Source: Phoronis australis (taxonomy: Eukaryota > Animalia > Phoronida). From it: a stretch of DNA of 62,647 nt. The notes under the pieces were generated by a model that was not told the origin of the DNA, searched no databases, and saw nothing but the letters and a program-made list of their open reading frames with translations. The translations under genes and the position numbers were made by a program. Location of the stretch: positions 649,264 to 711,910 of the forward strand of contig NMRA01000071.1 in NCBI GenBank assembly GCA_002633005.1, given 5' to 3'. This document shows positions 11,191 through 26,500 of this stretch, one piece after another (position 1 is the first letter of the stretch; every line of letters starts with the position of its first letter).

Positions 11191-13734
11191 AAAGATTCAA
11201 AGTACAGTATGTGATTTATTAAAGCTGCAATCTGTTTTGATAAACATATCAAGAAAATATGGTTTGGTATTTGAACCTTCACAACTAATTGTGAGTTACA
11301 GGTTACGGACAACAAGGTATTGGCATTCTGGAACTGTGCGCATGCGCGGATTGTGGCACTTGAGGTCCAGGCGTGACCAACAAGAAGTCACCTTAACTTG
11401 ATGTTAACTCAAGTGAGCGTTTCATTCTTAATGCACATAAATCTGCTAACTCGAAGCGTCCTCTTAGTGTAAGATTACTTTAAGTCGCCGTAACTTTAGA
11501 TGACCTCGAGGTCACTTTATGTCTGCCTGATCTCTCTAGAGTTGAAAAAAACATGAAGAAAAAAACAGTAGCGATGTGAACATGCGCTTATTGTAGAATT
11601 TATCATTGATTTTACGAATGTTAACAACATTATTGTGGAGATTGTTATTGTTATTATTACATCGTTATTATCATTAATATCATTATTATTAGTAGTAGTA
11701 CCATGAATTTCCGTAGATCATCCCATTGGCGTGTATTTGGAAAATGAAAAATTTCCAGCGTTTTCGCAACACCAAATAAACACCCGGGTGTTTACTCGGA
11801 AAGGGGGGCGCGTAAACGGAAAGTTATAGTTTTGCTGCGCTTTTTAAATTTTGTGTTAATAAATGCATATTTTGCCAACACCTTGTTCGTTTTTATAAAT
11901 GCTATATGCTCCACAAATATGAATTTGTGAAAAAAATGACGCTGTGTGGGCGTATATTTAGTATATTTTTTCTGATAAAACACCCATGTACGTTTCATCA
12001 GGAGGTCTTATCTTTGGAAAATATCGGCATGATTACTTATTATTTTCATGCTTTATTATATTTCTTATTATTATTGTAAGTAATAAACGTTGTTTCAATT
12101 TAATAACAATTGTCATAGTTGTTATATTATTGTAAGAAATAAACATTGTTTCTATTTAATAAAAAATATTATAATTGTTTTCATTATTATTGGTAATATT
12201 TTCTTATCTAGTGCGCGCCTTTTCAGACTCATGTGACTACATCCGAATCAAGAAATATTACCGAATTTCTTGAGGCAAATGCGTTACGGTAACGCCGTGA
12301 CGGTAAAACCCACATACCCCTAGTTGTAAAGCTGTGAATAACTGTTGAGTTTAGATCCATGTGTAACTCGGGTTAACAGCGGCTCGTTGACAAGGGCTCG
12401 CATGTGAGGATCATTTGGATTCTCTTGACGACTTCGATTAGGTATTGAGTTTTGTTTCATAAAATTAGCCCTACGGCGTTTTATATCTTTTCAGCGAACC
12501 AAGGCAGAATAAGGATTTTGGAAAAGATGCTTTCTTGCAACTAAACATCACGGACATTTACGGACAAAAGAATCGTTTTCATTTATGCTGAAGCACAGGA
12601 GAAAGATTGAGAACCCTATGAAAATTAAAATCTTTTCCGTGTCTTACCAAATAAGAATTAAAAAGGGGCCACAGGTTTCGCGTTTGAAGGGACGCGAATC
12701 TCCATGTATTCATGTGAAATAGTCAAACACTATTGGGGTTACGTCACAGTGAACAATGGCATATGTGACGCAGTGTTATAAATGCGTAGAAATTTCTGTT
12801 GACGTCTCTTTGAGAAACCTCTCTAACGTTCATAATGACACCGTTACTTGACCAAACCCTCCATTCCTAACAGCGTTAGTATTACCTTTTCAAACAAAAT
12901 ATTCTTTTAAAGTTATTCTGAACTAACGTACTATTTATCTTTTTTCAAATGTAATTTCTGTTCGCATCCAGCACGAAAATAGATAGTAAAAGTTAATATT
13001 TCGTTCAATAAGACACTCGAATTGGCGAGTCTGATACTTAAAAAACGACACAGAAATGTCGCTTATATATAGACGACCTATTGTGTAACCAGGCGGAAAT
13101 ATACTGAGTTGTTCGCAAATATGTTATCTTAAAATTTAAGAACATTTCGATCAGCCATTTCTGAGAAATGGTGCTTCCAAGTTTAGCAAATTTGTCAGTT
13201 TTGTTCCACATTACCTTAATTGACTAAAATGACAACGATGGATCTTACGATACTCTTAACGACGACGTCATTCAACTCAATTCACTGTATGTTTTCAATC
13301 AGGTTGCTTATACATGTACATGTCTCCAAGTTACATCCGTAAACATGCCAAGTACCATAGTATGTGAGCATTGAACTACAAAAAGATTACATGTGTTGTA
13401 CCTACTCATGCTCGTTTCTCCACAATTTCTGATCACACTCTGTTCTTTTGCACAATTCCATAGCTACGAGATAAACACAATTCGAGAATCACAAGAACGG
13501 CCAACAGTTATCAGATGTTGGACACCTTCGATTCAATCGCATGTTTCCGCTGATTATTCAAAGCCCTGCAAGTCTACTTAATTAGACATCACTCAAGTTC
13601 AAGTTTTAGAGGTTGCATCTCTTTGAAAAGGACGTGACTTCAAATTTCTTCTAACACAATATTGATAATTTACTTTGTATACATCCGCGTTATTTACTGT
13701 AACATCACAGCCACTTTTGACCCAATACTTTAGG

Positions 13735-14535
13735 ATTGTTCTAAAACTCCCTTGACCTCCACACCCCACGACCCCCTCGACCCACAACCTCCACGATCAC
13801 AACCACTTCTACACACGACTTGTAGCAATAGATGCATCTTTTGCGCTCATTACACATTTCATGACCATATTACGTCTCTGAATGACCTTCTTATAAGATT
13901 TACCTATGCAAATCTGCTCAAGCTCAAGGCTAGTGGTTAAAACAGAAAGTGGCGTAAGAATGTGATTTCAAATAGCGAATTGTGAGCGCTCTATCGTTTT
14001 AACGGAAATAGTTCCACGAGCAACTACCAATGGTCCTGCTCTACTAAACTTGGGTAAAGAGTACGTTGACGTGAATGGGCAAAATTTTACATTTTTATTA
14101 TTTGCTTTCTGTTGTATACACGTTAACAAAATATTGCTTGTAACGTTGAAATACTTTTTATAGTTAACAGTTTGTTTTTTCAAACTGTATCTACTGAATG
14201 AATTTCATATTCGTTGAACCTGTCATTCAGTGAAGAGCAGACGAGACGATAACAATTTGCTGTCAGCTACATTTATAAGGTCAGAAATTCTTGATTTGGT
14301 CGTTTCTTCTTTTTTTGCTTTCAAAATTGCCGAATCGACTCTTAATTGCCTTAATTGAAAAAAAACAGGGAAAATCCACCGGAGTTCAAAGCCCGGCTCG
14401 ATGGTCCTACAAGTCAACGCTTGTTCTATGTTCAGATCCAGTCGAGCTTGTGCATGTCGATAGGGCTGCGAGCCGTGGGGGCTTTGGGTCGAGGGCCGTT
14501 GTGGGGCATGCGGGTCGAGAAGGTTTTAGAACAAT
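13735..14535. mobile_element. Old MITE-like element of about 800 bp with diverged terminal inverted repeats
   Basis: attgttctaaaac...cctcgaccc (13735-13797) matches the reverse complement of 14474-14535. An inner gacttgtag/ctacaagtc pair is also inverted. Confidence 0.6.
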
Positions 14536-16848
14536 TTTCTATTATTTATCTGCAATCTTAATGTAAAGCACTAATCTGCTGTTCAGACTCGTTATCGCTG
14601 ACCTCTTTTAATAAACAGACCTGACAAAACTATCAAACTAGAACGTATTTACTATACCTTAGTTGCAGTGTAGAACGCGTTCACGAGAAAGTTTTATCAA
14701 CTTGCAAGCGCTTTAAGTGCCCAGGAAACCTCCCGTTCCGCGGCGGCGTAGTGATGAAGTCGAAGGTGCAGGATTTAGGAAGTATACACGGTACAATATA
14801 TATATAACCGCAGCAATTGATAACAGCGAGAGATAAGATTTGGCTGGAGAATGTGATTGGCCAGTTGCCGCTTCCTAATTATTGTTAGTTCCGGGAGAGT
14901 AACCAGGATATGCAGCAGGTGAATATTTCCTTTTGTGCCGTCTGAGCATTCAATACCATAACATGCCTTTTAAATTCCCATTAGGCCAGTTACTATGCAC
15001 CTATGTTGTACAATACTGCTGTAACCGGCCACACGGCAAATTTGAAGTAACGCCAATACGGGAATGATTTTATTATGGTTACATAATCATACGCGATACC
15101 AGAGCCACAAAGGAGCATATGTACAATTTTAGCCACGCCAAAAAATTAAAATACAAGCCGATGTGTACATACAGTGTATATACAGTGTACGTACAAATAA
15201 GGTATATCCAAGACATGGCATGTTAATAGGACAGTATGGGTTATCATTCGTTCAGACCTAATTGACAATTGATGCTTGGATTAACCGATACAGTAACATC
15301 GAGTAGTTAAAATTCTGGAGCTGTGCGCATGCGCGGAATGTGGCGCTTGGGGTCCAGCAGATTGTTATACTGAATAGTGATGTGCACTTTGTAGAAGATT
15401 ATCACGTTACCACAACGACACTCACACAGCAGAACAACACGTCCAACATCTGAGATTTGTAAGCTTACTGCAGGATAAATTAACAAGCCAACATTTGGGA
15501 ACATAATATTATTTATTGTGCACCAGGTGAAAAAAGCTGAGTAAACGCCAGTGAACACGTGATAGAACACAGTTTAAATAAGTCAAAACGCGCGCAAGAT
15601 TGTTTAAAGTCAACTCCAGTATCGTACTATAAAGCAAAGATTGTTTACAAAAGCGATACAAAATGTGAAATAACGTGTAAAATAAAGGACCTTGTCGTCA
15701 CAACATATTTTTCAGTGAAGTTATTGATTTTGGTTCTTGTTTATTGGAAACAGAGATAACATCGATTCAATAATTCAAGTGCAGAAAATATGACAAAAGT
15801 TACATTGACAAACACACCAATAATCTATCAAAAATAATATTTTAAAAATTTAAAGAACATTGGTCGCCGTGTTTCCAAATTGACTTCTTCTCTAATACAT
15901 CCTGGCTCTGAACCTGAAAACACAACTGCTTTACTTAGAAAACTTCGCACGAGACATCTTTACCCCTGCTTTAAGTAACCAAACATTAGAAATATCTCAA
16001 TAAAGACACCGCAGGGTCTGTTAAATGAAAAGCGTGTTAAAAACATTAATTAATCAAATATTGGAAATATCTCAATAAATACAACGCAGAGTCTGCTACA
16101 TGAAAAGTGTATTAAAGATTAATTTGGTCTTACGTCACAATTGATCAATGAAGCTGATTAAATGAGTGCATCCTAATCTTTAAATAGTTTAAAGTATACT
16201 TTTTAATAACTAGCGGGTGTGTGTGTGTATAATATGAGATACTTTGCACTCTTCCTCAAGTGAGATTTAATTGTGTTTCAGAAAACTTGTGCGGAGCGTA
16301 AGACCAAATTTCTGGCTTAAGTCTTAAATCACAATTTATGAAGCATATCCCTGGGTCCACATCCAATCTCAAAACTTAGACCCGACTCAGACTCAGTCTT
16401 GAAACTAACCAAGCATGCAATACAATTCGAGAGCAAATGTGTAAGTTTACCCAAAGCGCGCCCAGCCATTGGTCAATTTCCAAGTTGGGTTTCGATTACT
16501 GAGATTTGTCTGCGAGCCCAAGTATCAATCTATTCTGGAGACCACTTGACGTTATTTTAAGGTCGAAAAGAGTTATTTAAGATTGTAATACATTTTAGGT
16601 TTAGGATGTGTTCATAGGGCTATACAGGGCCGTCGTGATGCTATCTAAATAAACTGACCTTAAGGTAACTTTTAATTACATGGTGAAAAAGACATGCATG
16701 TATGTTCATATTTAAAATAAAATCTTTTGTTAATTGTACTTGTGTGATCTTCTTCAGATATGATGGAAATAGGTCATTCCACAAAAATATCTGACCTTAT
16801 CTTGACAAAAAACGTTACTTAAAACATAATTACAGCACTTAAAATTTG

Positions 16849-16933
16849 CACACCCCCGAGAGACACGTGACTGTTTTATACACCCCAAGAGACACGTGGC
16901 TGTTTCACACATCCCGAGAAACACGTGACTGTA
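16849..16933. repeat. About 30-bp tandem repeat x3
   Basis: Unit similar to acaccccgagagacacgtgactgtttt. Confidence 0.75.
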
Positions 16934-17047
16934 AAATAAGGGCTTCCTCCTAACTTATGAAGATATTATTTGATTTTCAATTTTTCGTTCACGTCAATTT
17001 CAAAGTGTTCACACTAAGTGATCCACCGCCAAGAAATCAACAACTCA

Positions 17048-17978
17048 TTAAGCATCAGGTAGCACGGAAGATTTCCATGTTGAACGGAGGACGTTCTTGT
17101 GGTTCTGATCCATTTTACGTTCCGTCCTCTTCTTTTCGCGCTCTTGTTTGGCCTGCAATGGCGAAACAAAGGTGTAGCAGACGACAGTGCTTGACTTTAC
17201 ACGTGGCTATGAAAGACCTTAAAACTAGTACAGTACTGAAAACATGTTTCAAAGCACATACGCAACGTTACACTGTTACATAAGAGCATCATCAGCCAAC
17301 ACATAAAAACGCGTCAAAAATTGCAGTACAGCAACGTGACGGTCACCGATCGCATACACAGTGAGCACGTGGCCACCTCAGCTGTAAAAACACTGAACTT
17401 ACTTTATGGTTCAGTGACTCTTGTGTATTCAGTTGCTTCACTTTGTGATGTAAAGCATTTCGTATACCTGTATGGTCCTGTTATGTAAAGGGAAAAGGTT
17501 GCGTCTGTTTGTATTTTATGAAATGTGAAGTTTTCAGAAACTGCGTTAGATATAACATCTTTGATCCTACTCTGACCACGAACTAAATTCACAATGCAAT
17601 TTTCTAATTTTCGTTCTGGCCTACACTCCCTACCGAGCTTCAGAAAGTGGGTTTGAAATTCCTGGGTCTCACCTGGCAGCCATGACTGTTATATCTACAG
17701 AGACCATCACCTGGTTATAGAGTCGCTCACCACCTGTTCATTGAGTGGCTCACCGTCTGTTTATTGAGTGGCTCACCGCCTGTTTATTGAGTGGCTCACC
17801 AGTCACCACCTGTTTATTGAGTGGCTCACCACCTGTTTATTGAGTGGCTCACCACCTGTTTATGGAGAGGCTCATTACCTTTAATTACCTTTTGGATATC
17901 CAGGTCTGGCTCATCGGTTGCAAAGAATGGAATGATTTCGGTGACCTTTCTCCACAGGTAATCTCCCATTCCCATGTC
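17048..17978 (-). CDS. PKD1-like exons 32-33: cytoplasmic C-tail and stop
   Basis: 17889-17978 encodes DMGMGDYLWRKVTEIIPFF...; 17048-17152 encodes AKQEREKKR...VLPDA*. Both junctions are phase 0. Confidence 0.65.
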
Positions 17979-20520
17979 CTGAAAGAACGAAGACAAGATT
18001 GATTATACACTGCAAAAAAACCACACAGTTCTGCAGATCGATGACGAGTATTCTAGTCCGTTTACAATACTCGTGTGGGTCAACGGGTTTTGGAAGGTCA
18101 GAAGAAATGGGAGCCTCATGAAATTCAAGATGACGACTGACTGCAATCAAGCCAATCTGAACTCAGAAGCCATTCTGCATTAAAAACCACGGAGAAAACC
18201 GGTGAAGACATGGATTCATTAGATCAAGTTAAAGCTGACTATAACTATATGAACAAAGTGCGTTTTAATAATACACTTTGGTCAGCAAAGCCCATACCGA
18301 GAGCGTAACTTAAATGTACACCTTCATCAGCCGAGTCTATACGGAAAAGGCTCACTTGAAAAACATAATAAAATACTGCTATTGCTTGGCACTTTTTGAG
18401 GGATCTTTCACTTGCGTTCAGTCTGTTCATAAAATTTCTGAGTCTACAAGTTGATCAATAAGCCCAACTTGATCGGAAGGGACACTGTAATCATTCATTG
18501 CTTCGAATGCCAATTCAACCCCCCGCGGACAGTAATCGCTCCGCTCTATAATTTTCATATTTGGTCTAGGTAAACTAGGGACAGGTGGGCTATCAGGGGT
18601 CTTGAGCTTTCCATGATATAACGGGGACGGGAGAGTATCCATGGGTCTTCCCATGACCGAAACAAATAAATCAAAATTGAAACCCCATAACTGAAATCGT
18701 GCATCCGCAATAACGTTTGAAACAAAACTTTTAACGTGGCTAAGTTTTGCTTAAAAACATTCAGCGCACATTTAAGAAAGCAGCATGCTCGCTTACGTAA
18801 GCTTCCTCTTCTGTCTCATCAAGTGATTCCACGTGTGCGTTCTGCACGACTGATATCAACAAGCCCACCATTACCCAGAATGCCAAGAAGCTGTAGAGAC
18901 AGAGGAAGGCTTCGTAATAAGGGTCATCGGTTAACTCTTTAGACTCTTCGTTGTCATTGTAGCCAACGCAAAGCGTGAGTAAGTACATGGAAGCGGACCA
19001 AAAGTCTTTGTAGAGGCCACAACGAGATCCAAATGAGATGACAGACAGGTACAGGAAGGCAATGAAGAGTAAAACGAGGGACGTTATGAACCAACGGGCT
19101 TCATTGGCTGCAACAGAAAGCACGCTTCAGTTCACGCCAAGTAAGAGTGTGAAGAAGCTACGGGCTTTGGATTCACGACTAGATGGCCTCCAGATTTTTC
19201 GGAACAAGCCAAATATACGACTTGACGCATATTTGGAGGTGACGAATATACATAATACAATACAATACAATACAATACAATACAATGCAATAATGCAGCA
19301 TGAGCTCAATTAGAAAACAGGGAAATCAACATTAAACATTGTTGATTTGCGATTGCACCCACAGGCATGACTTCATTATTACGAATTTGGAGTCAGTTTC
19401 CTTGAAAACTGGGAAACGTATTCGGATTCAACCATGTACGGTCTGGTCCTATCAGTGGAAGCATCCCCTTGTCTTCGTCCATTGGGCAAATCTAAAGAAG
19501 GAATTGTCTGCAGAAAATTCCAGTGTCAATACTTCTGTCGGTCGTTGAGACCAATTCGAACTCAAAACGAAAAAACAATAATATGTAACGAAATCATCAA
19601 AAAGTTCAAAATATTCCAAATATTAATTATCATCCACAAAACTATAGAGCCAGCGTCCCGAACTAATTCAGTTAGATAAATGCAGTCTTCTCGCTGTATC
19701 ACATCGAAAGGAACACACTGTTTAAATTTTAAACTCACTGATCTTTTTCATTGTTTTCACGGCTACAGCGACATATCTCTGAAACTTCAAGATGCGCAGA
19801 AACCGCATTTGGGTAATGAAGACGACGAAAGCATAGAAAGTGATGAAAAACGTGTCCAATAGAGCCAGCTGGTCAAAGCTCACATACTTCCCTAAAAAGA
19901 AGTCACAAATAAGACAATATCCAATTGTAAGCATTTTTACACTAAGTTCACGCAGAAAGTTCCAGCGTCGGGGATGATCATTTTAAAGCATATTAACAAT
20001 TTAAAAATTCGACAATTGGTCCGAATAGTTGACTAAAGTGCCTACAGGTTTTTCTAAGATTACTATGTCACGTGATGTGATTGCGTACAGTTCAGTAGTG
20101 GCCACCGTTAAGGCAAACAAAGTTTAATAATCGCGTTTGAGTTCTAGTCACTCACGTATAGCTAGGATATCCTGTTGCAACTACAACAGCGCGCATGTCC
20201 ATATTGACAACAGTACTACGACGCAATTACTCACCTTGCAAGTTATAGCTTAAAGGTTTAGCCCTAAGTACTACAAAGCTAAATTAACATGTGTGACACC
20301 AAAGTTCCCTTTCATGGAAAATGACTTAAGACTTGAGGTTTTAGAATAAAAAGTTGTGTAAAACATCTTATCCTTTGAAATGAGTTTTTCTCTAAAAATG
20401 AGTTTAGAAAAAACGAATTAAACAACAAGGAAGGTATTATCCAGACAATACCACACTCGCAAATGCAATAATTTGTCTAACACACACACGTACACACGTA
20501 CACACGTACACACACACACA

Positions 20521-20563
<43 letters not shown>

Positions 20564-23500
20564 GTGTGTGTGTATATGTGTATATGTATATCCTACATAG
20601 AATAGACCAATTAATGCATTTGCGTGTGGCATTGCGTCGGCAATACATTATTAAGTATTTAATTTCGTTTTTTCCAGGCTCATTTATTTGAGAAATAGAG
20701 AATCCTACACGAGTCTCAGGTTTATGACATGGGCAAAACGTCTTGGAAATTTCGTCAAGCCTCGGGAGTTTGACCAAATTTCCAAGAGGTTTTGCCCATG
20801 TCATAAATCTGAGAGGAGTGTGGGATTTGTTTTCTCACATGAACCGTAAAAACGATCTTTTTTGATGAAAAACTCGATGTGTCTAAAACTTTCAACCATA
20901 TGACGCAACATTTGTAAAAAACACGCTTGCACAATGTAAAGTAATTCAGCTACTTTTTGCTAATAGTTTTGTTTTAAGCTTAATATTTGTAAATTGCATT
21001 CAGCTTTAGTAGCAAATATTCACGTCAAAATCTAATAAATAGTCTTTGAAGTTGTAATATTAAAACTTAAAAATGTTTATAAATAACAGTCAGCAAGGCT
21101 TCCCGCGCGTGAGCACTGAATTGACCTTGAGGCAGCACAGCTAGACAGTCTTGCCGCGTTTCTTGAGTTGGGGCTCATCTCTGTTTGAATGTGCTGTGGA
21201 TATGGAATTCGCCGTCGAAGATGGGTCCATTTACGAAGGTTTTTGGTATGTCGTTCCGACTAGAAGTACGTACAGTTGCGACACCCGATTTGTCAATCAT
21301 AATCTTGTCACCTTCTCGGAACTCCGGCATTGTTTGGTTGGCGCGCGTTTGGTTGTTTTAGTGTTTTGCAGACGTTAAAATGTAAGGTGTATGGATTCAT
21401 ACTTTGCACTACTTTGTAATTCGCCAGTGTAATATGAAAAAATACGTAATCGGTGTTATTAACCAGTCGTGTCGTAACATATTCCAGGTCATTTGAGAAA
21501 AGCTCATTTCAAATGAGGTGTTCTAAATTAAAACTGAAATATGAAAAGTTGTGACTGAGAACAAATATGTAGAAAAGACCGTGTGATGATCCCAATGTCG
21601 GGTTTTAATCTTCTGTCTTAAGAAGCCAAGTAGAATTTTGTCATAGGAGCTCGCCACGTGTTGCGAATTCACAGACCTAAACGAAGCGATGTGTGACACC
21701 CAGCTTCAAGCACAATTTCTTGGCATTGAAACTTAAATGAGGATTCGCTTACAACATTTGGAGCTATACCTACAATAGCTGAAAAATATCAGTTCATCTG
21801 TGCAGGTAAGTCGCATTGCATTGTCTGAAGGTGCTGTGCCGGTTCTCGGATCGGAAGCCGACTATATTGAATTTGACATTGCTTAGGATCGTTAAACTGG
21901 AAAATACTAAGAAAAATATCAACGAAATGTCATGGGCGGCGCACCATAGGGGGCTGGGGGGGCTGCAGCCTCCCACTTTTTTCAGTGCTACGTCGCATAT
22001 GGATCTGTGTCAAAACAATTCACACTTGACACTTGGTCATTAAAACCAAAAATACGATCTTTTAGCCTGGTCTGTAGCGGGCTAACTTTCTTATCAAATT
22101 TAGTCTTAATTTTGGTCTTTAGGAAGGCTGGTGCCGATTGTTTGCAACTTGGCCCAAATATGCGCAAAGTTAAGAAATCAAATTTCACGAAACCGGCACC
22201 TGTAGCCTAACGCTGAGCTTGCAGCGTCATGGACTTATAACCCTACGTCATCTTGCAGCGTCATGGACTTATAACTCTACGTCATCTCAGACTGTGATCT
22301 TCCTTCTTAGTAATACCTCGATTGTTGAATACTTCTTCGATCACTGTCATAGTCAACAAGTTCTTGTGCGTGTAGATGGCCATGCTGACCCACATAGCGA
22401 GACAACTAATCATGTTGACAACATTCCACGGTTGCTTGAAGTATGATCTCCTAGTCTTTACTACAGCCAACCCCTCCTTCACAGTGAAGTAGAGTGTATA
22501 TAACATACATATCACCTCGGCCAGCAACGACATTACACCTGAAATAAACCATAGAATTAGATGCTTCAATGATGATCGTAATTTTCGAATAATCTGAAGT
22601 AGATCTAAGTACGAGAGATCTCTTGCATAACTGAACTAGGGAGAATTCAAACAATTACCTGAAGAATATAATTTTTTTGGAATGTACATGGCGTATTCTG
22701 TCAATACTTTGAGCAACCAAATTTCTTTTGAATGTATTATATAAACCAGGCTTCTGTGATTTACTTATCTATATTTTTATTACACACGAACGGCAGCTTG
22801 TTCACGGTGACACATGTTGTGGGAAAATGTGTAAAGTACAACCAAAGCCAGTCAATGTTATCTCCCATACCATTTGCAGCTGGCAGATATACGTTAGAGG
22901 ACAAGCAATCCGTTTGAATAGCAACGCCGTCAAACTTAATCACCTGTTGCGCCCGTATAGCGGTAGAGGTTATACGAATCTACGGCTTTGGACACAACCG
23001 TGGCTCCCGTTGTCGGCATTTCGAAGGCAAGTCTGACAGACGTAAACAGATTTACATTCATGTTGAACACCGTGAACTCGACGAACACAACTCTCGTCTG
23101 CCGATCAATCCAAGCAATTTCTCGTAACGTTTCAATAAACTTGAGAGCATCTTTTATGTTTTCTGGAATATGTGCCACATATCCGTTACCGGAATACCAG
23201 CTTCTTTGTCCCCAAAGCAGCTCCGATTTCAATTCGGAAGCATTTGTGAATTGTAGAGTCTGGGAAACATTGAAGGCTGAGCGTTCCGAAGAAACGTGGT
23301 CCAACGATCGGTTCATATCTTGCGTGTCCTCTGTTGATTGGCTGTAGTCCTGGTAACACCGTGCAATCATGGCTGCCTTTACCACAGACTCATCATGATG
23401 ACACTGAACTGTAAGCGAGTCGTAAAATTGTTTCCCTTACTTTTCATTTTGATAATAATTATCATTATCAATTCAATTCAGTAACAAAAGTTGAGAGGAA

Positions 23501-26500
23501 CAACATTTTTGGCAAAAAATGGTTCTCAACCGCAAGCGATATAAAAGGAGCAACTTACTGGCTTTTACGCGTAGCTGCCTCAGTCTCACTGGACTCATAC
23601 GCATTGAAACTCCGTTGACAATGAACTTATGGTCATACGATGCGTTTACCTTGAAACCGTGATACAGACCACCATAAAATATGTTGGGTGCCATGTTCTC
23701 TAACCACTCCCAGAAGTCGTTAGGCGTCGACACCTGTATGGCACATACGAAGCAAAAAAGTTACTAGTTGAAGTAATGGCTGAAATGATGATATATCTTG
23801 TTAAGTCCGGTATTTCGTGTCTGTGCTGCTTTAAGTGGCGAAGCTACGAAGCTACATTTTACGTCAAAGCTCAGTATTCAAATCCTATGCCTTTCTTATT
23901 CATCTGTAGCAATAACTAAACGTCAGATACGAAAATACTGAAGCTTGAGGTGACCAATGCAACTGAACGCTCACTTATTTAACATCACCCAACTATGTGC
24001 GTGAACGTTTTAGTCGCACACAAATAAAGTTACGTGTATGTGTAACACTTAATTCAAGTTTGCAAGGAAAATGCAAATGTCTGTGTTCTATGTCTTTAAC
24101 ATGACTTGCACTGTAACAGAAAGAAAATATTTCATAACACTGGCGAAAACAATTAGCTGTTTGTATTCTATGTTAAGCAGTAACGGCAGTAAAGTGGGCC
24201 TGGCAATTTTTCATGAACTTTTGTTGCAGGCATTATCTTGTAATTTAAGAAGGTCAGTGTGTCCAACTCTTATCTGTGTCTCATGGTTGTGGCTTACATC
24301 GAACATGTTTGTTCCCGAGCCAAACAACCTGTCCATCTCAGCATTGGTGTTGTAATGCGACACATCTCTCATCCCTGAGGCAATAGACAGCAGTAGAGCC
24401 AGGTAGAACACATGAGACACAATATCTTTAGCAGCACCACTCAGTAGCTCCTCGCGTTCTTTCCGTTGTTTCAGCTTAGCAATAGCGTCCGCTTCTGCTT
24501 GGCTGTCATCTGTTACATCACATGTCAGCAAAACAAAACTAAACATTAGATTATTATATCTGAACATTTAGAAACTGCTGTTTAGATAAGCGATCCAAAC
24601 CTTTAAACTAACAATCCAAACCTTCAAACTAACAATCCAAACCTTCAAACTAACAATCCAAACCTTCAAACTAACAATCAAAACCTTCAAACTAACAATC
24701 CAAACCTTCAAACAAACAATCAAAACCTTCAAACTAACAATCCAAACCTTCAAACTAACAATCCAAACCTTCAAACTAACAATCCAAACCTTCAAACCTC
24801 TTTACACTCAAGCTATTGCTTTATTACCGTGATCTCCTTTCTCATACAATATTGTGCTAATGTTAAGAGTCCTAAAAAGTCGTAAAGGAAATGTAGTGAG
24901 GGAGTAGAACCATTGTTTAGAGGCAAAAACGACCAAACACGAAGGTTATTGATGTTTTGATAAGTTTGGAGACTCAGTCTGCTCTAGAAAACACCGCCAG
25001 ATTTTTTGCAGTAAAGTAGGCCAAACTTTTTGGCTGCGTTTTCGGAGAGTTGGACAAAGCTTGGAGTTTGGCATATGTGTAAAACTAAAGGTTTCAATGA
25101 CAGAAGAAAACATTTGTCGCTGGCAGAGTCAATGGAAATGAGTTGGCTTGCTGCTGTTGAATTGTCAGCAAACGTGAAGTCATTGATAGAACAATACGTA
25201 ATTAGTATACCGTTTGCGCGGGTCGTATGCACTTTTAGTTTGAATAGCTGTATTTACTTTGTATTTCTTCCATAAGGATTTAGTGATTAAGAGAGCCCCA
25301 GGAGCTGATACTGCTTAAGCTACAGTAGCTGATTCATGATTTGCATTATGATCTCACCTGGCTCACATGGAAGTGGAGGGAGTGTGGCTAGGCGTTCTAC
25401 TGGACAGGCGGCTATTTTACATTGTTGACCATCATGCCAGTCGGTGTCGTCAAACGAGTGCACATCTGGAGGTCTCTTGAAGATCAAGGAAAAGACAGCG
25501 GCCAAGAGGAGAACCTTGAAGCACAGTACATTGGTCAGGATGAACACGCTAGTAGAACAAATAGTCCAAACAATCATTTTCTTGGAGTAATCTCATTTTA
25601 GGATGGAAAGTGAATACAACCTATCAATGAAAAGTGTTACCTTTAAAGGGTTGACAATCATTGTATCCTCAAACACTGAGAACAGGTAGGCGACCAACCA
25701 TCCTCTTGACTTCTCCCCACCCCATTCAAAGCTGTAGAGAACCGTAAAAAACGCCGAGGTTATGATACTCAGTACTACCAAAGACCAGCCTATGTAAATG
25801 ACCCAAAATGGCAGTTTGTTACTCTTTCTCTTCCAACTCATGGGCTTGGTCCACAACTGCTTCAGTGACGTACTCGCACGGTTCCACCACGCGACAACCT
25901 TACTCTCTTCTATGATTTCAATTTTTTCATACTCGTCCCATGGGCTGTACTTCCTCCCGGTCACGTTGATGGAAATTCCTTTGCTACCTCCACTGTTAGA
26001 TACACGTTTGAGTTTCTTCCAACCAGTTGCCTTCACAACTCTGACATCCTGGATTTTCCGACTTCTCCTTCCGGCGTTACGGAACAAGTATATGATGATG
26101 AGCTGGGCGGGCAGTACTGTTATTGTACTCATTACACTGCTGTATAGATGACTCATTCGAATAACCACAGGACCTACAAAAATCACATGGAATCTCTTGC
26201 ACAGGTAGTGACGTCACAATTTTCATTTTTCTTCCATACAACTGTCTAGCGCTCATTGTAACAGACGGTGGAAGTGTTATAAGCAAGATAAAGTAAAAAA
26301 ATGAGTTAAAATGGAGGAATTTACCCGGAATTAGAGGCTCTAGTGTCTGGTCTTCAAGGATTCCAAGATGGCGGCACCGTTGTACCAACCGTGTGGATCA
26401 CTATCACCACATACAATGTTACTGTTATTCCATATACAAAATTCTGATTCAGTCTTACAAACCCTTTATGAGCGATAGAAAAAACGATTTCTACTTACCA

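Noticed and set aside
18427-18654. 75-aa ORF as the terminal polycystin exon
   Set aside because: No suitable phase-0 acceptor. 17889-17978 fits the family motif and is supported by the paralogous exon.
24568-24795. KVWIVSL-repeat ORF
   Set aside because: Translation of a 21-bp intronic minisatellite.
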